Program-made: the position numbers and the translations under genes
The notes under the pieces: model-generated
Told to the model about the DNA's origin: nothing
The model's input: the letters and a program-made list of their open reading frames with translations, nothing else
The model's database searches: none
Assembly: GCA_976226885.1 (NCBI GenBank)
Contig: OZ320323.1
Coordinates: forward strand, 49,042,001-49,106,000
DNA from: Iphione sp. A-MEVVRFRX5
Taxonomy: Eukaryota
Length of the DNA: 64,000 bases
Direction: 5' to 3'
Shown: positions 51,058 through 62,410 of the stretch, piece after piece
How the letters are laid out: each line of letters begins with the position of its first letter
Position numbering within the stretch: the stretch's first letter is position 1

Positions 51058-52030
51058 ACAAGCTCATTTAGAACATGAATAACGGCAGTCTATATGTGGT
51101 ATAGCTGAAGTCCAGACTATAACCCGTGCATCCTGGAAGAGTCCTCGTTCAGGATAGTGATAACCATGCAGGGCCTCTGTCCCATTTGGGGCGGCGGGGT
51201 GAAATACAACAGAGGCATTAAAGAATGCGACAACCTTCTTCAGATATTACGGTATGTACCACCCAAAAATATAGCATCAGTATCAGCAATGGCATTATTT
51301 ATGCTAATGTAAAGCATGATGCGATAGTTATAAAATGAATATAATGATAATTTGAAAGAAAATATCAGCCAGAAATAACTTCTCATTGAAAAACTGTGAC
51401 TTTGTTATAAATTGTTTTGGAGAAAAGTAACAGAGAATAGCATTTATCTTATTCCAATTTATATCTAATAATTGTGTAATTATATATAATATTCATATAT
51501 GAAAAAGTATCCTAATAAAGGTAATCATGGCTTATTTTTTTACTATTTTCTACAGTGAAGACTGATAAAGTGCTTCAGAGTCATTACCAAGATAAAGTCT
51601 CAAACACACAATTCTTAGTTTTAATCATATTCCTATAATTTATAACTTTAGATCATTTGTAGGGCTTATATCCTTGAATGTATATGGAAATATGTATAAT
51701 CAACATATTTTAAGCTATCGTGACTGATCATGTGACAGGTTTTCCATGGTAACCCAGTGTATTTTGTAGCATTTGAAGTACCCACACGTAGCTCACAATA
51801 TGATGTTTCTTTAGGCCAAAACTGACAAAAATCCAGGAAATTTGAATCATCTAGCCGACAAGCTCATTTAGAACAAAATTATGGAGCATATATTCGGTAT
51901 AGATTATGCAGACTGTAAACTGTACATCCAAGCAGAATCCTCATTCGGGACCGCTACCCAGGGCTGGGCAACCTGTCGCATTTCATAAAAAAAATGTGTG
52001 ACAGAGGTATTAAAAATGTGACAACTTTCT
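51058..52030. repeat. Dispersed degenerate duplication (~180 bp, 51058-51240 and 51858-52030)
   Basis: ACAAGCTCATTTAGAACA ... ACAGAGG.ATTAAA.AATG.GACAAC.TTCTT in both. Confidence 0.75.
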
Positions 52031-54379
52031 TTGGCGCCCCACTGATTTTACGTGGACAAGAGTATAGCCTCATACTTACACACTGATTTTAGTATTGAGG
52101 GCCTCAGCACATGCAACACAGAGGTTAAGAAATGTGACATTTGTCCCACTGCTCAGCACTAGTTAACACAGTTAGAAGGCCAGAGAGGCAGACTCTCTTT
52201 GAATCATAGACTTATTATATTGGTAGAGTCTACGATAAAGCTTCGGCAGACATAATCCTAGATTGTATATCAAAATGGGATAAATATCACAGGATTTATT
52301 TCAACGGCACCACACTCCCTTCTCAACATCCAAACGGAGCAGCAAAGGAGATTAGGGTGTGTGTGTTGGGGGAAGGGTGCGCTTGGTATAAGATTACTTT
52401 GAGACTACATAGAGGAACTGAAAAAAGATTAATCCTGGCCATCGTCGATCTGAACTCACAGTGGCGACTAGAGCCAATGAATGAAGCTGATGGGAGTTAC
52501 GTGGGTAAATTTCCCACACTGAGCAGCTCCTTGGGGTCTAGTGCAGGGGCCGCGAGCTACACACCGGATTATACCTTCACAAACTCAAACCTTTCTACAA
52601 GCTCCCCAGGATAACTCATATAAAATAATCAACCTTATGGAATGTATATAGGAAACAGAACTAATTTCACATGGATTACTGGAGGTTAACATAACTCCAT
52701 TCCCAACCTTGATGTTTTTTGATGCAGTAGAAGCTCATCTTGTGGGCAACCTGACAGGGATGGCAACTCAGGATTAAGGACAAGTTTAGTTTGTCACCCT
52801 GGTTTAATGAAGTTTCATGATGTAATTAATTCAGCCAGGAGGAAAACCCACAGTTTAGGCCAATTCTTTGTTCCTTTTGGTGGTCTTAGTTCTGAGTTGC
52901 TTGTGTAATGCCAAATTGATTTTGGTGTGTGAACTAGATTGCGTACAGATTTTCATATTCCAAGTCCTACTTGTTGTACCTAATAATAACTGAATAATTG
53001 ACAACTACGTGTTCAATCTAATATCAGAGCTTTGAACATTCATCTTGTTCCCAGTTCTTCTAGTTTTTAAGATTGTCCTGTCTAATACATATTCTAACCA
53101 GTTACCTATTAAAAGCAATACAATAAGATACAAGATTTCTTCTTCTGCTTCACAGAAAAATTGAATGGTACAAGGGGAATTCATGTTGCACAAGGAAAAC
53201 AAAATTTAATAGGATATTGCTTTTCTTTCGATCATCTCTTTATTCGTAAAAAATCTAACAGATATTGCGTTTCTTTCGAAGATTACTTGATCCATTAAAG
53301 AATTAATATCCCCTATGAACCATCAATGCAACGTTCTCTTTAGTAAAAATAATTGTGAGATTCGGTTACTAAACAAAATAAATTCACCGTTGGCCACATT
53401 ACACAATACTGTCAAAAGGACACTAGGATATTAAGATTTTATGGACTAATATGGAGAAGGGTCCTAGCACATCGTCATTTTGATGTCACTATGCATAGCC
53501 GCCATCTTGTTAATTTTTTCTCTTAAGGCCTTTATGAGCTGCCGTGTGTGTAATTCTCCTACGTGGTAAGCCATTTGTTTGCCCCAGTAATGTATACATT
53601 GCTAGTTCATTTTATCATCCACTGAGGATCTCCGCAACATGATATGATAAGAGAGGCATAAAGACGAAGAATAAAGCAATGTATGGAACAATACATGTAG
53701 GCCTACTGTATAGTGTGGAAGTAGCATGCCTGTGATTGAGTCGTCAGGCCTGTAGCTAAGGAGGTATCGCGGTTATCAACTGATGCCCCCCCCCCACACA
53801 CACAGGCCAGGAGTTCCATTTAGAGAAAAAATGCCCTACAAGAAGAGAGGACAAGTGAGGAAATGTGAGGAAATGCCCATTAAATGGCCTTTAAGAAGTG
53901 GGGAAAAGTGAGGAACTATGAGGAAATATGTTGATTGCTGGTCAGGAAATAAACACCCAAAATACCTGGCTACGGGCCTGGTTGTGGGATATGTTTTTAG
54001 CATTATGTAGACCATATTTCCTTTATAACGGAGACACGCTCGTGTTCCTGTGTAAAGCTGCACAGTACCGTTCTCTAGAAACCTTTTCATTATCGCTATT
54101 ATCAACTCTTTTTTGGTCGCCAGAAACAGGGTTTTCAGTATAATTATAGGACCTTCATATACTTTATGATTTAGTACTGCCACCCGTGTGGTGATGTTTG
54201 CGGTAGCATTCCATATATCAATCTGAAATTCGGAATTCCCAGATTCATATATTCTATTCATGTGCCAAAATAATGCTGTTTTCGTCATTCTGATGGGAAC
54301 TATTGATAGAAATAAATTAATACATTCGGGGTTTCCCCCACACCAAAAAAAAAAAAACCAACCCAAACATGGCCTCTAG

Positions 54380-54660
54380 CAGATGACAAGCCATTCTTCA
54401 CGGTCAGAACGAAGGACATTATTGAAAATGTCTCGGGTCGCCCACGGAGGGAGGTCCGGCGAATCGCCCGAGGGGCAGCAGGCGTGCCCGGTCGGGTCCA
54501 ATCGGCGGGCCATGTTTTCGCCGGTTGACAGGCCTTTATAAGCGATGAAGAAGGCAGCGAGAGGTGGCCTCCCCATCCATCCATATAAAGGCGGACCGCT
54601 CGGCCACCCATACATAACGCACTTTTTCAATTACGGCGCGCACGCCGCTTGATAAAGTAC
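54380..54660. promoter_or_regulatory. CpG-rich promoter-like island
   Basis: Dense CpG, CCAATC, TATAAA/TTTATAA motifs, followed by G-tracts. Confidence 0.3.
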
Positions 54661-56103
54661 AAACGGTATAATTGATCAGTCAGGTTATCATGAATGTTAT
54701 TAATAGAGTGGGTAAGGTACCTTATTATGCTCGGGTTGGGGGGGGGGTGAGGGGCGGGGGGGGGGAGTAATCGTGGATAAAGTGGGACGTATGCAGTACA
54801 TTATCATTTGGGGATACGAAACTAACGGTAGGCTTGCAGCTAGCTGCACAGTGCTGGCCCTCACTAGTTCATGGTTCCGCCGCCCGGGGGATGAGTGAGC
54901 CCCCACGCCGTGAGAAGCCCCGATACGACGACCACCAACCTGATTTGTCAGCACTGGCGTCAGAAAAGGGCCACATAAAAAACCAGCAGGTCACATATGT
55001 AAATAAATAAATAAAATAATTCAGAATTAGAATATACAGGAGAAGCCATTCTCGCTAATATGACCGCTGGAACTTGGAACAGAACTGGAATTGTGATCGA
55101 AAAGTGACCATTTTCGCCAATCAGACCACTTGTGTTTTGACCAGAGTCGCAAATAGGCGTTTGACTGTATACGGGTGCGGGAAATCATTCTGTCACGCAA
55201 GTCATACCTAAACAGTTAATATGCACATATTGTTATCTTTCTGGAAACATTTTGTCATAGTCAGCTAACCTAGTACGATACCTTCGCTGGACAAATTTGA
55301 TGTGAAAAAAAAAATAAAACTTTAACCGTTACAAGCCTCTGAGAGTTAACATCGTGGTGGTCACAAAAAGAATACCTCTATAGAAAGGACCAAAAACACA
55401 CTTTGTACGCGTTTTTTTTTCACAGCATACGTCAATAAAAGCTTGTTTTTCATCAAAGCCATAAGAAATGCTCTGTTAGAGGAGAAGGGGAAAAAAGGCA
55501 GTCTTAATAGTCCTTGTGACGGACAATAAATACAAAGAGGCAACGTCAAGGCCCTCAGGAAACGTACTATTGTAGAGTGTCAACTTGAAGCACAGCCAGG
55601 AGTTCCAGCTGGTGCCGCTCAGTCTACTGTGACTTTAGGTTAGCAATTAACAGACTTTGGTGTAACTAGGGTGGGGAGGGGCAAGGGGAGAGACAGTTTT
55701 ACCCCCCCCCCCAGCTAATTTTTTTTGTCAGACATAGCGCCTTTTCAACAATGTTTAAACTCTTAGAGTCATGGTGCCGATTGTTTTGTACTTGCTTCCC
55801 ATTTTAAACTGTTACGTCATGGTCCCTTTTTATGTACTTTATTTATAGATGCCCCCTCTAGTTTTTATTAAACTCTTTAAACTTTAAAATTTAACTCTTA
55901 GGGTCACGATGCCTTTTTTATGTGCTCGCTCCAACTTTACGCTCCATCTTTAGAACCTGCCTACATCCCTGATTATGAAATAACCTATTGAAAATAGTCC
56001 TGTATCATTCGGCCTCCTTCTGCTTACTTAGCTAATATCTATTTTTTGTGCTGATATGTTGTTCATAGGGAGGGCAGATTACTCAGTAGTACCTCAGTAG
56101 AGT

Positions 56104-56370
56104 GGGGAGTTAGCTCAGTGGTAGAGCACTGGTCTACTGACTGAGAGGCCACAGGTTCAATCCCAAGCTTGGGACTCTTGATCATGACCAGACAGATTTA
56201 TTGTAGCCTCAACCCAGAGTGGTCCACAACTCATAAAAAGGCTGTAGGTGTATAAGATTCTGGCCCATGTGCATAAAAAGACCCCAGAAACCTATTCAAA
56301 ATAACAGTAGGGAGCAACCCTGGGTATCCTGGTCCCTAAATTCTCATGAAATGAAAATGAAAAATGAAAA
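56104..56370 (+). mobile_element. tRNA-derived SINE
   Basis: A box TAGCTCAGTGG 56111, B box GGTTCAATCCC 56154, body GTGCATAAAAAGACCC.., (TGAAAA)n tail ending ~56370; anticodon and T stems do not pair. Confidence 0.8.
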
Positions 56371-57744
56371 TCAATTTAAGGTAACTCAGTAGCATCAATA
56401 TGATAAGTGTCATATATTATATGTATATTTGTAGTTCATACTACTGTAGTAGGACCACTGTGCATACAACCGCCATTTTATGAACTTGGTATACAGCGAG
56501 TACTTTTTCCTGTACCTGTTAGAATTAAGCAGTAGGCACACATCCAATGCATAGTGCCGTGACTCTATATTGCATGAGAATGTGTATGTACGACCATAAA
56601 ACCACTGTAGTCACCATTGTCGGTTAATTTCGGTGTTTTGAATTAACTTGCCCCCCACAAAGAGGTGGAGAGGTCACATACTTGACTTGGCCAGGAAACC
56701 ACCACACACTCTATTCAACACTCATGCACGAAGGTTTCATCTAGACTTAAACACCATAAGGCCGAGAGAAAATATGTTTCTGGAAAGGTGTTAAAACAAT
56801 GAGCCAGTCGCCAGCAGTCAAAGTAATGGGTAATGGAAAATGTTTAATTAATTGTGACATTGTCGCTATTTTAAGCAATTTTATTGGTCAATTCTTATTA
56901 TGATGTCACAATTGGGTAAAAATGACGTCAGCACTACCTATCATGTGAAAACTAAGGATGTACGAAACAGACTGGTGTGTCAAGCTCGCGGAAAATCATG
57001 TGGTGGATGCATGCTGTAGAGCATACGTGCTTCGTTTTTTGGTGCATGTCTGATCCTTTTCTGCATATGCATGGCCGTGTACACTTATTTCCACATCTGC
57101 TCCTATAACTCCCCTAATTGACACATTGCCTCGTGACAGGATGATACGTTTTACAGTAATGATATCTGTCAATCAAAGTGTTTCATAGGCAATGTTGTTA
57201 TGTGATTTTGTCATATGACTCATGTAACTAATCCATGCAGACGATATTTGAGTGACATTGTTGCTCATGCATGACCATATTACAATTATGACTCACATGT
57301 CATTATGTGGTTATATAAATTTATAGATATTATATCTATTGAGAGCATAGTGAAGCATCTATACTTATTTTCAAAGTATATGAGAAAGTGCAGTACACTG
57401 ATAATGTGACAAGAAACCATTTTTCTAAATTTTGAAAATTGTACTTGACTGTAGTAAAAGTATGACTCACATTGTGATGGGTGGGCATGGCTATATGATT
57501 GTACAGCGATGAGTCAATTCACTCACTGTAGTGCAATGCTCCTGAAGGACACCGCCCCTGTACATAAGGGTGCGGGGCAGTGTTTGACGCATACAAACAC
57601 GCCTAGACACTTTTTGCACCCTTCCACGTTAATGGAAAGCAGGACTTGGGAAGAGTCCGTTAAGGAGGTGTTCATCAAGAGTGATGTCCTCTCATTATTC
57701 AAGGTCGTATCACGTGGAATATGTCAGAGTTTCATTTAGAGGGG

Positions 57745-57837
57745 CACAAATGGCGTAACGACAGAAGAGAAATAACGAGCAAGATTTCTGTCACTTGAAA
57801 TCAGAATCAAAGAGCATCGGTGTCGTCTTCATAATCG
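57745..57837 (+). other. Candidate first (5' UTR) exon
   Basis: CAAATGGCG YY1-like motif and a perfect G|GTAAGT donor at 57838. Confidence 0.25.
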
Positions 57838-58403
57838 GTAAGTCTGCCAGACCATGTAAAAGGAAGAAGGGTTTGTTTCTTGAATATTTCTTATTAATAC
57901 ACGGAGAATTAGGGAGACTATTTTAGTTTCTCACGTGAAAGTCTAAAGTGCGGGGCTGCCAAGTCAGACAAAATCCTCCCATCTATCTCACCCGACCAAA
58001 TTGCCATACTCCCTCAAACGACTCGTTACTTTTTACACTACACATATAAAACATTGCCTGAAAGTAGTCCGGCCATGGGGAGTAGGTCTCCCATGTGATT
58101 TGTTATAGGTGAATTACTTTTTATATTCACTTAGGTATTCCATGGAGATATCGTAAAAGAAGACAAGTACTGTATAAGTTGTCTTGATTTTTACTGGCTT
58201 AAGTAAAAACAGAATATCACACTGGACTATTTTCTTTCAGTAAAGTATACAGATCTATACCAACACACAGTCACCCTCTTGTCATCATAAAAGAGTATAG
58301 CACCATTTAAGCCTTTTTAATACACTGGTACGTAATAAACATGACAATAAACAAAGCTTAGACAAATATATCCAAATATACATATCTAATATTTGGTGTA
58401 TGT

Positions 58404-58410
58404 GTGTGTG

Positions 58411-58465
<55 letters not shown>

Positions 58466-58490
58466 CAGAGACAGAGACAGAGAGAGAGAG
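58404..58490. repeat. Compound (GT)n(GA)n(GAGACA)n microsatellite
   Basis: Direct reading. Confidence 0.95.
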
Positions 58491-58507
58491 GTATACATGT
58501 ACATCAG

Positions 58508-58675
58508 TGGGTTCAGCTTTGCCTGTGGCGGTCATATTGGCCCAAGTTTGCTTTTGTATGCGACAAAGACATTTCTCGATAATTTGGACGAGTATATATG
58601 TCCCTACTGTCGAGTCTCTCGAACCTATGCGCCACCCCGGAAGGGTGACGAGTTGGCTGGTAAAATGTCGGGCAG
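58508..58675 (+). pseudogene. Possible degenerate PHD-finger-like exon
   Basis: WVQLCL..SYWPKFAFV in one frame, then FLDNLDEYICPYC in another; donor AG|GTGAAA at 58676. Confidence 0.2.
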
Positions 58676-58695
58676 GTGAAAGTTGAAAGGCTTAC

Positions 58696-58966
58696 CTTGT
58701 GAGTCTGAGCGTCAAGGTCAAGAAGATCGATTCAAGGGCATCGGGACTCGCCATTACAAGGAGCAGTGGCCCTTGTCTCTACGTCCTTCGTGTAACTATA
58801 TTCTGTGGAGCATGGAAGGACTGACCCTTGACCTTTACCCTTGAGTAGGTCAAAGATGAAAAGTTCGTTCTTCGTTCGATCTTCTATTCTCAGAGTTGCT
58901 TGGAGCCGCTCAGACTTCATGAAGACCTCGATGTAGACCCGAACAGTTAGCAGAAGGCAAGTCTTC
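58696..58966 (-). pseudogene. Candidate 271-nt exon with one in-frame TGA
   Basis: Acceptor CTCATTACCAG|, donor AAG|GTAAGC; KTCLLLTVRVYIEVFMKSERLQATLRIEDRTKNELFIFDLLKGKGQG...RCP*IDLLDLDAQTHK; the other two frames close early. Confidence 0.3.
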
Positions 58967-60123
58967 CTGGTAATGAGTTCCAATACAGAGAGTCCAAAAT
59001 AATGAAGTGTTTGTTTACCACGGTGGTTCGTCCTCTCCCCTCCTCCATTGCTGATACCAACTCTTCTTGTAAGATACGGTGTCTCCTCACTGCAAATACA
59101 GTAATCTCCAGCTGTGATTACATCTTTTATGGTCTTCTTTCGAAACGCGGAGTGCGTAAAGAATGCCATGTTCATACAAAAGACAGTACATGTATATGTT
59201 TAACTAAAGAGAAAAAATACTAAATAACAGATAATGCCTACTTCCTGCTTTCACACAGAACGATAATAATAAGCGGTCCAATAATGGAGAAACCACAGTA
59301 TGAACTTAAAGGGAACTCTAAGTCGTGCGGAGAAACATATGAGAAATTATACCACAAATTAACAGAAAAAATACTAAATGTAGGTGATGTCTGCTTCCTG
59401 CTTTCACATAATATGACAATATAATAAGCAGTCCGCTATTGGATAATGCACAGTGTAAACCTTACAAGAATTCTAGGTCGTGTGGAGTAGCATGCGAGAA
59501 CTCATATAATATTATGTTCATAATGCAGAATTCAAAACGTTTTGAATCTGTGCATGTATGCACATGCCTATGTATAATATACATACTTGTATTCATTTTC
59601 TTGTTCTTCTTTATTTTCCAATTGGCTTTCTGCCGTAAACTGCTCCGATTTTATGTTATTGTATGAATTATACCTGTGCAGTTAAAAAAAAAATCTTAAC
59701 ACAAACGTACATGAATGCTAACGTGAACTCTCTCCCCTGTTCTATAAGGTCATGAGCTAACGCAACTGACCTCCGAGTAAGTCGAACTCCTCAGCCAGCC
59801 AGGCCCTCCTCCCAGAGCGAGCAACTCCTACCAAGCCAGGCGAGCCGCTCACAAGTCGCGGGCGGACATGCTCCACCAGAGATAAGACTCTCCACCTTCC
59901 ACCACGTCCTGCTCCGGTCCGGATGAGCTGCTCATGTCCGCTCGTTTGATGGAGGTATACAGCTTCAATCCTGGATAGAAGTTGGGGGGGGGGTGTCCTG
60001 CGTCCCCGGCGAAACGGCAGGTGGGGGCAATGGGTGGGGGGTGTCAGGGTGAACCTGAGATGCTCCCGGGGACGCCAGGGGTCGTGTCCCGCGCACGCTC
60101 GACTGGTCTCCTGTTCCCTCCAG

Positions 60124-60348
60124 GGCCCGCGCAGGGACACTCCTCCTACTCCTACTCCGCCTCCGCCTCCTCCTCCTCCTCCGGCGCTATGGCCATCTAG
60201 CGTTGTGAGACCTGAAACTTTGGTTCCGCCGCCGCCGCCGCCACCACCACCACCAGAACCACCACCACCACCACCACTGGCGACTTCACGGCGGTCACTT
60301 GCTTCATTCGTTGATAACGATTTGACTGTTAACTTTCCGGGCTCTTGA
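60124..60348 (+). CDS. Candidate proline-rich terminal exon
   Basis: Strong acceptor TCTCCTGTTCCCTCCAG|; GPRRDTPPTPTPPPPPPPPPALWPSSVVRPETLVPPPPPPPPPPEPPPPPPLATSRRSLASFVDNDLTVNFPGS*. Low complexity, so strand is ambiguous. Confidence 0.3.
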   Translation, partial: GPRRDTPPTPTPPPPPPPPPALWPSSVVRPETLVPPPPPPPPPPEPPPPPPLATSRRSLASFVDNDLTVNFPGS

Positions 60349-60587
60349 CTTTGTTATCTGTATCTGTATCGTTTTGAGGAGACGAAATGAAAGGAAATGG
60401 TTACAAAGAACACCAAAGGGAAAGTAGAAGAGTGAGTTGAAGAGGAAACCATGACATTACATGATTTGCTTACACTCCGTTATAAAGCCCTTTAGAAAAC
60501 AGTGCCCGTGTCTACTACCCCTTTAACACTGCATTATTGTTTCCCATTGAAATAATAATGACTAAAGTAGAAAAAAAACGTGAAAAT

Positions 60588-60754
60588 CATGACTCCCGCT
60601 TAGGGGACCACATCTGGGACTGTCTCCCCTGAGGTCTCTTTTTTATATTGGAAATATACTGTTTGGGACTATGATATAGTGGTCTCACCTGTGATCTTGT
60701 CTCTCCTGCAATCTGGTCTCCCCTACGATCTGGTCTTTAGGTGAGAGTCCACTG
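60588..60754. mobile_element. Family A MITE
   Basis: Colinear with 24114-24295 (GGAAATATACTGTTTGGGACTAT.ATATAGTGGTC); ends GTGAGAGTCCACTG|TA. Confidence 0.85.
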
Positions 60755-61448
60755 TACATAACACTATCGGCAACTCTGTCTTCACACCTATTTGTAGCCC
60801 TGTTCCTAACACTACTTCTTACCCTCTCCGGCCTTAACCTCGTTTTTAACCCTGTCTTTAATCTTGTCCTTAACCCTGTCCCTAACCAGGAACGGGTCCA
60901 TTTGTTTGAGTTAGAAATCAACTCGTACCATTGCTGGTTCAAGCCGTACCCCACTTCGTGTCACTGCCGCTGCTTTCAGCTACTACGCTTCTGCCAAAAT
61001 TGAAAGAATTCACCTCATATTAAGAATCAAATAATATTTGTGTATACATGTTGTATACATTATAGCAGATGTTTATATTACATATGTATATGCATCCGCT
61101 ATAATGTATATACAACATTATGTATTATGTATATACAACATAGATACAAAACCTAGAAATAGCACTAATACTTGAATTTATTAAAGAATTTGTGTGGACA
61201 TTTACTCAAGACAATTTCGGTATAATCTCAGTCTAATGTAACTGTTTCAAGGTCGGCAGGTATGCTTGGACGGATCTCGCTGGAGAGATGACTTTTGGCC
61301 TTGCCTTATGTGCAATATGGGCGTATGTTTGCCACAGAAACAAGTACAGTAGAACCTTTATATTCAGGACAGCTTCTGTTAAGGAAACCCCACATTATGT
61401 ATGGAAACAGATCTAAACATTTGAAATTGAATTAAAATTGAAAATCAG

Positions 61449-61800
61449 TGTAACACAGTACTAGTTGTGATGGAGAATGTATCTTTACTAATTATGTTCT
61501 CAAAAGTAACTCTCATCATCTCATCTTACGACATTCCCTGGATACTTGGTACTGTAATGTCATTCTGTATAAAACAATTGACAACTATTGTTCAAGCACT
61601 TGTAATTAATGACTGTTTCCTGATCGCACGATGTGTGTGTACGTTGTTTGTCATAAGGATGGAGTATATATAGAGAGTTGCTCCGAGGCTCTCGCCAGAC
61701 TTGCCGTTTGCTGTACCCTGCTGCTGTACTGTATGCTGTGAAGAATAAAGGCTGCTATCAAATGTAGGCCTACTGGTGTGATGTACACTTTGTTGTTACA
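61449..61800 (+). mobile_element. Solo LTR (352 bp), probably Ty3/Gypsy-type
   Basis: TCAG|TGTAACA ... TGTTACA|TCAG: 7-bp inverted termini, 4-bp TSD, TATATATA 61665, AATAAA 61744. Confidence 0.88.
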
Positions 61801-61969
61801 TCAGTTTATTCACTTCTCTTCCTAAGGATATGGCGATCGAAATCTTCTAGTGAAAATCTATATAATCATGTTTACATACTCTTGCTAGGAAGAACACCCC
61901 TCTTTAATGTAGAGGTTTTGGTCAGTCCCTCTGCTGTCCGCTGTAGAGAGGTTCTACTGTATTCAGGCA

Positions 61970-61989
61970 CGTGTGTGTGTGTTTGTGTC

Positions 61990-62030
<41 letters not shown>
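61970..62030. repeat. (GT)n microsatellite
   Basis: Direct reading. Confidence 0.95.
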
Positions 62031-62099
62031 GAGGAGTGGCAACCACCACAACCAGAAGCCCGAATTATCGTTACAACAGCCTTGACAGGGAAAGAAAAC

Positions 62100-62410
62100 C
62101 CAGCGGCATGCTAGAAGAACGGAGAACAGAGAGGAGCTATTGACGGCCATAAATACGAGCGAGAAGCTGACAATATGCCTGCTGATTCGTTTTGAATCGA
62201 TTAACGTCTCGCGCGCGCGTGACTCGCAGCGTCTGCGTCTCTGCAGCGTCTGCGTCTGCGTCTCTGCGGCGTCTGCGTCTCTCCGAGAAAAGTCAACCAG
62301 GGAAAACAAGCGTCCGCTTTGTTACGAGACGTGGGCCCCCAACACAAACATGGCGGCGCGAAAAACGGCGCCAATCCAGAATGGAGGAAGGTGGGGGAGT
62401 TGGGGGGGGG
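62100..62410. promoter_or_regulatory. CpG-island-like promoter candidate with a GCGTCT array
   Basis: (CG)5 run, seven GTCT in 62231-62280, AAACATGGCGGC (YY1-like), CCAAT. Confidence 0.4.

Noticed and set aside
53836-54366. 176-aa minus-strand ORF
   Set aside because: Starts in a poly-T tract, has no recognisable domain or splice context, and about one ORF of this length is expected by chance in six frames of 64 kb.
56104-56180. Functional tRNA gene
   Set aside because: Anticodon and T stems do not pair, and it continues into a SINE body and tail.
58298-58308. miR-29-like TAGCACCATTT
   Set aside because: 11-nt match only, with no hairpin partner upstream.
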